Of a DNA stretch of 44,643 nt, positions 16,320 to 23,934 are shown one piece after another. The DNA comes from a virus (Duplodnaviria > Caudoviricetes). Every line of letters starts with the position of its first letter. Within the stretch, counting starts at the first letter, position 1. Where the stretch lies: positions 1-44,643 of the IMG/VR virus record IMGVR_UViG_3300020045_006679, one strand, 5' to 3'. Under the pieces are notes generated by a model that made no database searches, was not told the DNA's origin, and was given only the letters and a program-made list of their open reading frames with translations. The position numbers and the translations under genes were made by a program.

Positions 16320-17423
16320 TTATAACCTCATAGGCATTATAATGTGAGTGGAATTATTTACAGTAGCAACGATTGCGCTATTTTTATCCAATAGATAAAA
16401 ATCAATAGTTTCATCGGTTGTATTATTTAAAACATCACACAAATAGTCTGCATTGATTCCAATTTTATCAATCGTTTCGCTACAATCTAACACCGGCATA
16501 GGTAAACGCATTGACGATTCGAGATTGCTTGCTTCAAATTCTCGCGCCTCAATATCAATGATTAAACAGTGATACTTTTTGTTAAAAAACGGTTTTAATT
16601 GTTTAATTGTTTTAAGTGTTTCTTTCCTATTTAATTTTAATAATTCTGTATTATTTTTAGGAACCACGCGAGTATAATCAGGATATTTACCATCACATAA
16701 TTTTGCAGTGATTAAAAAATCATTCGCTCTAAATTCTATTATATAATTATCGCCTAGCGTGACTGACAATGCTCTGCTATCGGTTAATTTTAGAACACTT
16801 TTTAATAATACAATTGTTGATCTTGTGACAATGTGTTGAGCTTTATACGTTTCTGATTCGCTCATCAAGTTGCATTCTGTTAATGCTAACCTATGACCAT
16901 CAGTAGCAATTAATTTAATTTTATCGCATACAAAGTCAAAGCAGATGCCGTTTAAATAATAGCGCACGTCTTTGTTATCCATTGCATAGTCGATTTTCTC
17001 TATAGCGGCTAATAAATCACTGCACAAAATATCTACAATTGGCGCACCATCTTCAAACTTAACTATTTTTTGCTTACCTTCCATTTTTTCTATTTTATGT
17101 TTTGGTTTATCTAGCATCGGAAAGTCACCAACTGGTAACTTTTCTATTTTAGCATCGGTTTTAGCATCATTAAATTCATTAACGATTCTATCATCGGTGA
17201 TATGCGTTATTGTTTTAATGTCGGCAAACGCGCTTAATACTGATAAATCAACCACAGAATTTATAGTGCTTATTTTTTCGTCAATGTATAGCGTACATTC
17301 AGCCCCCAAATCATTGCATTTTATATTGTCATTATTGACAACGGCATGATTGAGAATAGGCAGATTTTGTCCTCTTCTGCAAAAGTGTTTTTTTAATAAT
17401 TGAATAGCTTTTGATTGTTTCAT
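16320..17423 (-). CDS. dnaN: DNA polymerase III beta sliding-clamp homologue
   Basis: DVRYYLNG, ATDGHRLA, DGKYPDYTRVVP, IGINADYL.DVL, IIMPMRL. Confidence 0.88.
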   Translation of the reverse strand: MKQSKAIQLLKKHFCRRGQNLPILNHAVVNNDNIKCNDLGAECTLYIDEKISTINSVVDLSVLSAFADIKTITHITDDRIVNEFNDAKTDAKIEKLPVGDFPMLDKPKHKIEKMEGKQKIVKFEDGAPIVDILCSDLLAAIEKIDYAMDNKDVRYYLNGICFDFVCDKIKLIATDGHRLALTECNLMSESETYKAQHIVTRSTIVLLKSVLKLTDSRALSVTLGDNYIIEFRANDFLITAKLCDGKYPDYTRVVPKNNTELLKLNRKETLKTIKQLKPFFNKKYHCLIIDIEAREFEASNLESSMRLPMPVLDCSETIDKIGINADYLCDVLNNTTDETIDFYLLDKNSAIVATVNNSTHIIMPMRL

Positions 17424-17479
17424 GATATTTTATCCTTTTTATTTAAAATTTAATTTAAGTTTATATTGCGTTTTGTTTT

Positions 17480-18319
17480 TTAATGCTTAAAAACATCACC
17501 ATCAGATAATCTTATCCAACTTTCATGGTCGGCTAACCATTCGCTTGATAAAACATCATAAACGCGACAAGGGATTGAAAAGTAAACGCCACGCCCAGCG
17601 CCCGCGTGCCCATCTTTAAAAACCCAAAAAATACCGTCTTTTTTATCGTCAGAAAGTTTTAAATTTTCGGGATTGATTGAAGAGTGCAAAGAGCCGCTAT
17701 ATTGTGCGCCATTACCTGTTAAATAAAGTGATCCGTCGATATGATATGATGGCTGAACATGGTATGACGTATCAGCAACGCGTCTATAAATGCCGTTCGA
17801 ATAGTGCAACCAATCACCAACACGCGGATTATTTATTTTGTCACGGCTTTTAATGTCACGAATTATTATTGATATGGTTTTACTAGATAACCCATTTTTT
17901 ATATTTGATTTTATGCTGTAAAAAGCCGCACTATTAAAAACTTTTTGAATTTTTTCGTCATGTTTTAATGATCTTTTATCGTCAAACTCAAAAAATCTTT
18001 TACCAATTCTCACAAAATGCGAGTGGATATCGTAGCATTTTGCCTCGCTCATAAAAAAAGACTCGGTATATTCGCCACGATTCCATTTGCATGGTGGCAA
18101 ACACTCCAACATATCTATATACCGCTCTTCATTAATCTCTACAGGTTCAGTAATTAGCATTTTATAGGCGTGTTCTAAAAAGTCTTTATGATCTGATTCT
18201 ATTAAATCTGGATATTCTTTTTTTAATTCATAAAATGATTTACCAGAATAAACGCCTTTTCCGTCTTTGATTATATCTATTGCGATATAGTCGCTTTTTT
18301 GATGCGCGTATGTTTCCAT
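17480..18319 (-). CDS. Two-domain protein (DUF1419-like + DUF4121-like)
   Basis: EINEERYIDMLECLPP; PRVGDW..YSGSL..FWVF...AGAGRGV.F..PCRVY. Confidence 0.55.
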   Translation of the reverse strand: METYAHQKSDYIAIDIIKDGKGVYSGKSFYELKKEYPDLIESDHKDFLEHAYKMLITEPVEINEERYIDMLECLPPCKWNRGEYTESFFMSEAKCYDIHSHFVRIGKRFFEFDDKRSLKHDEKIQKVFNSAAFYSIKSNIKNGLSSKTISIIIRDIKSRDKINNPRVGDWLHYSNGIYRRVADTSYHVQPSYHIDGSLYLTGNGAQYSGSLHSSINPENLKLSDDKKDGIFWVFKDGHAGAGRGVYFSIPCRVYDVLSSEWLADHESWIRLSDGDVFKH

Positions 18320-18414
18320 TGTTTTGTTTCCTTTTATGTTTCTGTTATCGTTTGACATTATTATCAAACGCAAAAAAGCACTACAAAATAAATAATGCTT
18401 TTTAACGTGTGATA

Positions 18415-18588
18415 TTAGTAGTAGTTATCAACTGCTAAAAAATCATCATTTAGTAGATTGTTAAAAACAACGTTGCCAAACTCAATGACAAAACCCGTTT
18501 GATTATGTAAATCAATTTTATCGTTTTGCGGTGTGTCGGTTTCGGGTAATTCATTTACGTTTAATTTTGGTTTATTTTGTTTTTGCAT
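18415..18588 (-). CDS. Small hypothetical protein, first gene of the leftward arm
   Basis: AAGGA SD before MQKQN; the longer TTG start in the track coincides with the -35 box. Confidence 0.5.
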   Translation of the reverse strand: MQKQNKPKLNVNELPETDTPQNDKIDLHNQTGFVIEFGNVVFNNLLNDDFLAVDNYY

Positions 18589-18634
18589 GATTGCGTTTCC
18601 TTTTGTGTTGTTAATAACTACCTCGGTAGTATTC

Positions 18635-18663
18635 AATGTAAACGATAAGCACTGATTAGTCAA
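18635..18663 (-). promoter_or_regulatory. Leftward sigma70 promoter
   Basis: TTGACT-17 bp-TACATT. Confidence 0.7.
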
Positions 18664-18667
18664 ACAG
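18652..18667. promoter_or_regulatory. SOS-box-like operator
   Basis: CTGTTTGACTAATCAG on the - strand (CTG-N10-CAG), containing the -35 hexamer. Confidence 0.65.
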
Positions 18668-19472
18668 TATCAATAGCGATCAATCAATATAGTGATCAAT
18701 AACAGCTAAAAAGAGTAGTTAAGCTATTGTTTTGCAACATGGTTTACCGTTCATCTAAAAAGATGCGAAGGCATAAAAATAGTGTGATTAACGTCAAAAA
18801 ATGCGTTGGCATTGCGGGCAAATAACTCAAAAAATCATTAAAATTAAGCGAATACAATCAAGAAAAGTGTTTCTGTATAAAAACAGTTAAAAAAGAGCTT
18901 GTTTTATAGTGTTTTTAGTCATCATCACTCATTGACATACTACTGATTTATGGTGATTTATAGGGGGGGGGTCGATCTAATCTTTACATTTTGACAGTAA
19001 AAAAGTGGTCAAAAACAATAAATCTAATTGTTTCCAGTTGATTTTATTAAGTTTTTTGGCTAAAAAGTAGTTTAGCTAAGGGGAGGGGTAGAAACAATCA
19101 CAAAACACAAAAAACGAAAAAAATAAATTTAATTAAATGAATAACTTACAAGCGAAATTATCAATAAAATGCCTTGGCAATGCTACTAAGACTAAGACTA
19201 AGAATAAAAAATAAATAAAAAAGTTTTTGATGATTTTTTTTGTTAACCGCTTTTTTTGTTTTTGTTCGTAGCTACCAAGGTTTTGATTATTTTATGGTAT
19301 TAACTAACCCTATTTAACCACCTGTGACCTCATACAATCGTTTGTGAGCGCGTTTTGATTATTCGGAATACCAAGGGAAGGGTAGATAATGAAACCGGTT
19401 CTACAGAGCTTTAAACTCATTCAATCAATTTTACGTGTATATAGATGGTACACCAACAACAAAACTATACCA

Positions 19473-19500
19473 ATTGCGTAATAATTATATTATGTTAAAT
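19473..19500 (+). mobile_element. dif-like XerC/XerD recombination site
   Basis: ATTGCGTAATA-ATTATA-TTATGTTAAAT; perfect XerD arm, 11-6-11 geometry. Confidence 0.78.
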
Positions 19501-19553
19501 TCATAAAAATAATATCAACAAAATCAACAATATATAGATTGTTTCCAGCATCT

Positions 19554-19564
19554 ATTTAACATAA
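19554..19564 (-). other. Second, inverted XerD arm
   Basis: ATTTAACATAA is the exact reverse complement of TTATGTTAAAT. Confidence 0.65.
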
Positions 19565-20230
19565 TCTACCGAGTAATAAAACAATTCGATAACAGTTATT
19601 AAATAATTTGATGGCAGATAATTAACATAAACAAATTAGATGAGATTGTGTAAAAGTGATAATGGAATTTTATAATTGGTAGCCAACCATCCACGCCCCC
19701 CTCTAGTCCGTAGTTAGTACTTACTATCAAACTAATCTATAAAACAGATCATACTAATCAGATTTACTGATTAATCATAAGTCATTGATTTATAAGATAT
19801 ATGATCTAACCTATTGATTCTATTTGAAAAAATTACCGCTAGATATTTATACAGTGGTTGGGTGACAGTCACTATTTCACACCCATGTAACTTTTAGATA
19901 GTCAAGCTATTTAAAGTAATATTATGGCATATTATTTTTTTAGATGATGATATAAATTTATTTAATATCAGAATTTGAATTTTTTGATGGTAAGAAAATA
20001 ATATAGTTTAGCTATTCACATTATGATAGTGTTCGGAGTGAGGTAGGTATTTGTTTTGACAAGCATAGTTGACTGGTCTGTTGAATAACCGAAAAGAGGA
20101 TTTATTCATAGCATATTTTGATTAAAATTGATAGATTAGCTTGACTACTGTTTTGATTGATTTTTAGTTATGTGGTTGAATTTGTTTGAAAAGAAAGTTT
20201 AATTATTTTTAATTATGAGGGGTAAGGGTT

Positions 20231-20479
20231 ATGGAGATTGTTAAACAGAATGGTGAGTATTTATTTAAGGATGATGGGGGAAGGATTGTGGGTAAGTTGT
20301 ACATGACTGATGGTGTGATGGCGTTTATGGCGGGTGATGTTTATCAATCGGCTAGGATGTTTTTGGAATTAGTGTGTAGTGAGTATCGGGTGATGAAGGA
20401 TAGGTGTGATGAGTTGGATAAGGTGATACCTACATGGAAAGAATTAGTGGAGCTTGAAAAGGAAGCAAATAGGGGCTAA
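20231..20479 (+). CDS. Hypothetical protein, first rightward gene
   Basis: GAGGGG/AAGGG SD. Confidence 0.6.
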   Translation: MEIVKQNGEYLFKDDGGRIVGKLYMTDGVMAFMAGDVYQSARMFLELVCSEYRVMKDRCDELDKVIPTWKELVELEKEANRG

Positions 20480-20521
20480 TCTTGTGAAACGGTTTGTGCT
20501 AATTACTCAAAGGGTAAACTT

Positions 20522-21913
20522 ATGAAAAATATTTTTGTTTTTTTATTAACTTTTTTTTGTTGTGGTTTGGTGTTTGGGACAGATACGCCAACGGCTACTG
20601 AAACGCCTACACCCACAGCGACAAATACGGCTACGGTAACGAATACAGCGACAGTGACTAACACTGCTACGCAGACACCGACACCTACGGCTGGAGTGAT
20701 TTACGGTACGATTAGCACATTTGGTGCGGTAATATATGAAGATGTTGATAACTTTTTAGCTACGGGTACGGGTGGTGCTTCATGTTTGAGTACACCGCCT
20801 GATGAGGATGGGAATAATGGCTCGTATTATTGTACGATTGCTAATGGTAATGGCACGATTACATTTACGGCTTACTCTGGTGCATTTAATGATCGGAATA
20901 CACTTTGTCCGCACAAGCTGAATGGGATATGGGCAGTATTGAGTGGTAATGGAACGGCAAGGCAAGCCGCTTGGTCATTTACTACTTCACCAACAAAGAA
21001 TCATCGGCAGGATATTGTTATTCACAATGATTTTGGTGATGAAATGGCTGGCACAACAAGCCAAGAAGAAAAAAAGTACTGTATTAGTCAGGGCGCATCA
21101 CCGACACATACTCAAACCCCAACGGGTACAGCAACGCCAACTCCAACAGCAATTCCGCAAACATTGCAAATACGTGATGGCGATTTGGAAGGATTGCCAA
21201 AGGTAATAATTTACAACGGTTCTGATGTTGATGCTGAAATTGTTACCCAATACCTTGGTGATAAAAAAGGAATGCTAACATATACGCGCCGTTATTTTTA
21301 CGAAGGTTCAACCCAAACAGCAATCAGCGCATGGGATAGAGAGTTTACGGAAGATGAAATAACGCCGACACCATCACCATCGGCTACGGCAACTCAATCA
21401 CCTACAGCCACCGATACGCCGACAGATACGGCAACACCGACAGCTACGGATACTCCTACACCGATTATGACTATATCTGGCGATTTCCTTAAATTAAACG
21501 CGAATGTTGATGATGGAGATATTGGTGGCGCTACGATTAATGGAGCGGAAGGCGCTACTTGTAGCAACACATCACCTGTTGGCGGCGGCACATGGGAATG
21601 TACAATTGCGGCAACGGGAGGTGTGATCGCAGTAACCCTGTATTCTGGTACAGCCGATAATCAAAATGTTATATGCCCTCGTGATTTAATGGGCGTCGCA
21701 GGTGTTCAAGCTGGTAGTGGCACTGCAAGACAAGTTATATGGACTTTTGACGAAGCATCTGCGCCAGATGTTGAAACAGATTTAGTAATTACATGGCGTG
21801 ATGATTTAGATCCGCAAACTGTAAACGGGGCGTGTCCATCACCAACACCAACGCCGACAGCAACTAATACAGCAACACCAACAGCTACAGATACAGCAAC
21901 GCCAACACCATAA
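20522..21913 (+). CDS. Secreted Thr/Pro-repeat protein with duplicated Cys-containing domain
   Basis: Signal peptide, four TP/TA tracts, internal domain duplication. Confidence 0.8.
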   Translation: MKNIFVFLLTFFCCGLVFGTDTPTATETPTPTATNTATVTNTATVTNTATQTPTPTAGVIYGTISTFGAVIYEDVDNFLATGTGGASCLSTPPDEDGNNGSYYCTIANGNGTITFTAYSGAFNDRNTLCPHKLNGIWAVLSGNGTARQAAWSFTTSPTKNHRQDIVIHNDFGDEMAGTTSQEEKKYCISQGASPTHTQTPTGTATPTPTAIPQTLQIRDGDLEGLPKVIIYNGSDVDAEIVTQYLGDKKGMLTYTRRYFYEGSTQTAISAWDREFTEDEITPTPSPSATATQSPTATDTPTDTATPTATDTPTPIMTISGDFLKLNANVDDGDIGGATINGAEGATCSNTSPVGGGTWECTIAATGGVIAVTLYSGTADNQNVICPRDLMGVAGVQAGSGTARQVIWTFDEASAPDVETDLVITWRDDLDPQTVNGACPSPTPTPTATNTATPTATDTATPTP

Positions 21914-21965
21914 GGTAGTTTGGCTAAGGCTTGTTTTTATTTGGGTGTTGTGGGGTAATTAGCTG

Positions 21966-22029
21966 GTGCTGATTGGTTGATAAGACTGGTTGTTCCCTTC
22001 ACTTCCAGTAATTATTAGCTGGTCAGCGC
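21966..22029 (+). ncRNA. Putative structured RNA hairpin (G.U-rich)
   Basis: GTGCTGATTGGTTGATAAGACTGG pairs with CCAGTAATTATTAGCTGGTCAGCGC using several G.U pairs. Confidence 0.4.
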
Positions 22030-22074
22030 ACTCAACAAAAAAAGAGGCGATAATTTTTAACGGGATTTTTAAAG

Positions 22075-22425
22075 ATGGATCAACAGCAAGCGGCAAAAAT
22101 TATGGATCGGCTTGATAGGCTAGAGAAGTCGGATGAAAAGTTAGAACAAGCCATTATTAAAATTGGCGAGTCTATTCACGATATGGCGGTTATTCTTGCG
22201 CGCCTAACCGAACGCAATGAAACATTTGACAGGCTATGGAAGCACATTGAAAAAATTGAAGATACGCATGATAAAGATTTGAAAGAAGTGAATGAAGAAA
22301 TTAATGAAATTGAAAAACGATTGCCAGTGCTTGAAATGATGAGTGGGGCGATTAAGTGGGGAGTTTGCGGGGTAATCGCGGCAGTAGCATCAGCGATAGG
22401 CGCATTAATTTTTATTAAACACTAA
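22075..22425 (+). CDS. Coiled-coil protein with C-terminal TM (holin/XhlA-like candidate)
   Basis: Heptad pattern plus hydrophobic C-terminus. Confidence 0.6.
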   Translation: MDQQQAAKIMDRLDRLEKSDEKLEQAIIKIGESIHDMAVILARLTERNETFDRLWKHIEKIEDTHDKDLKEVNEEINEIEKRLPVLEMMSGAIKWGVCGVIAAVASAIGALIFIKH

Positions 22426-22447
22426 CAATATCCTTGAAGGGGGATTT

Positions 22448-22861
22448 ATGAGCAAAGACGATAGAGTTCTATTCACGTTTGGCGACAAATTAGGTGGTGA
22501 TCAATCACCGACACCGACACCAGAGCCATTAACGCCGACACCAGAAAATAATCAAACTAATTTTGTTCCGAAGCGCATGAGTATTCGTGAATTTCGTGAA
22601 TTTGGTTTTCTGCAAGAAGTTAATCGTTTATTTTTTCATCCTCGCGGAGTTGGTCTTGAGGTGTATATTGATTATGAGGGTGTTGAACGGTTAGGTGGTA
22701 TTTGGGATTATCGTGATCTGCCTGATGGTATGTGTTACGGTGAGGGAATGATTGAGCAAGATGAAATTGATCGCGTTCAAAAAATATTTGAAGAAAAACA
22801 GAAGGGGAGAATTAATTTGTGGGGTTCGACCTATCAACCGATTGATAAGAAGGGAAATTGA
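22448..22861 (+). CDS. Conserved phage hypothetical protein
   Basis: LQEVNRLFFHPRG.GL..GGIWDYRD. Confidence 0.65.
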   Translation: MSKDDRVLFTFGDKLGGDQSPTPTPEPLTPTPENNQTNFVPKRMSIREFREFGFLQEVNRLFFHPRGVGLEVYIDYEGVERLGGIWDYRDLPDGMCYGEGMIEQDEIDRVQKIFEEKQKGRINLWGSTYQPIDKKGN

Positions 22862-22862
22862 A

Positions 22863-23105
22863 ATGTTTAATTTTTTTAAAAAACTTTTTAAATTTGAAAT
22901 AATTGAAGTTGCTAAATTAGAATTAAACGAAGGTGATATTGTTTTATTAAAATCTGATCGTATTTTTAATATTGATCAATTTGAAAGATTAAAATGTTAT
23001 GCTAAACAGGCATTACCGAACAATAAAATTATTTTTCTTGATGGTGGTTTGGAATTAAAAATTTTAAAAATGAATGAGGCGAATGAAATAAATGAAAATA
23101 TTTGA
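22863..23105 (+). CDS. Hypothetical protein
   Basis: AAGGGA SD before MFNFF. Confidence 0.55.
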   Translation: MFNFFKKLFKFEIIEVAKLELNEGDIVLLKSDRIFNIDQFERLKCYAKQALPNNKIIFLDGGLELKILKMNEANEINENI

Positions 23106-23289
23106 GATATTTTTATCTGCGTTAAAGTGGATTGCAACTTTTTTAATGTTTAAGAAAGGTGTTGAATATCAAAAATCACAAACTGATAAGGAGTTAATAA
23201 AAGATGTTAAAGATGCGAAAGTTATTTCCGATGCTAGTAGTGATGATGATTATGCTCGCAGGGTGCAAGACGAATTTGAGCGAAAGTGA
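23092..23289 (+). CDS. Inner-membrane spanin (Rz-like) candidate
   Basis: N-terminal TM plus helical domain, overlapping a lipoprotein gene. Confidence 0.55.
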   Translation: MKIFEIFLSALKWIATFLMFKKGVEYQKSQTDKELIKDVKDAKVISDASSDDDYARRVQDEFERK

Positions 23290-23446
23290 GTATTGTTTTG
23301 TTTATAAACCCGTGCGTATGACGGCGGCAGAATTTACCCGTTTGAGCAAAACAAGTTTGCAGCCAATTACGGCAAACAATGGTTATTATGCGTGTAAATG
23401 TTTGGACAAAAAAGAATTATGTCAGAAACAACCACTGCTACAGTAA
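23204..23446 (+). CDS. Outer-membrane lipoprotein spanin (Rz1-like) candidate
   Basis: Lipobox MLAG-C; overlaps the previous gene in another frame. Confidence 0.6.
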   Translation: MLKMRKLFPMLVVMMIMLAGCKTNLSESEYCFVYKPVRMTAAEFTRLSKTSLQPITANNGYYACKCLDKKELCQKQPLLQ

Positions 23447-23934
23447 ACGAATTACCGCCACTGGAAGGCGAGATTTGTGATGATGATGCGCTGAAAAGAA
23501 TGTCTGTGCGTCAAATTGCAATGCAAGAGTATGAGCGCAAAAAGAAAAAGCAACGGCATTATCGCACAAAATTTTCTGTTAAAGCTGTCATTGATATGGC
23601 AAGTATTGGAACAACGGAAGACGATATTGCGAAAGTATTAAGTATTAGCGAAAAGACACTGCGAAAACATTATCGTTATGAGTTGGACACGGCACACGCT
23701 ATTGCAAATGCGGCAATAGGTGGAAAGTTATACGCGAAGGCAATGGCAGGCGATGTTGCGGCATTAATTTTTTGGGCAAAAACGCGAATGGGATTCAGTG
23801 AAAGCAAAAATGTTAATGTTAATGCCACTGGTGATTTTAATATGACTTTTGAGGTAGTTCCGATTGTCAACAAAGCAATTAAGCAAATCCAAAATACAAA
23901 TTCAGACGACACCCCACTTTTACCCGCTCCTTGA
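23398..23934 (+). CDS. terS: Terminase small subunit
   Basis: HTH IAKVLSISEKTLRKHY, GDVAALIFWAKTRMG; precedes terL. Confidence 0.8.
   Translation: MFGQKRIMSETTTATVNELPPLEGEICDDDALKRMSVRQIAMQEYERKKKKQRHYRTKFSVKAVIDMASIGTTEDDIAKVLSISEKTLRKHYRYELDTAHAIANAAIGGKLYAKAMAGDVAALIFWAKTRMGFSESKNVNVNATGDFNMTFEVVPIVNKAIKQIQNTNSDDTPLLPAP

Larger units (their letters stand above)
18716..20147. repeat. Cluster of five TAGYYWRRCTA pseudo-palindromes
   Basis: Copies at 18716, 19068, 19899, 20004, 20137. Confidence 0.75.
18664..20230. other. Non-coding control region between the divergent arms
   Basis: No ORFs in the track; contains operators, dif-like site, IHF-like site and a G9 run. Confidence 0.8.

Noticed and set aside
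18873-18886. Third SOS box CTGTATAAAAACAG
   Set aside because: CTG-N8-CAG is two bases too short; other nearby candidates (about 19732 and 19839) have a mismatched half-site
18963-18971. G9 run as phase-variation tract or packaging site
   Set aside because: Not within a gene or a clear promoter spacer; no way to support a role from sequence alone
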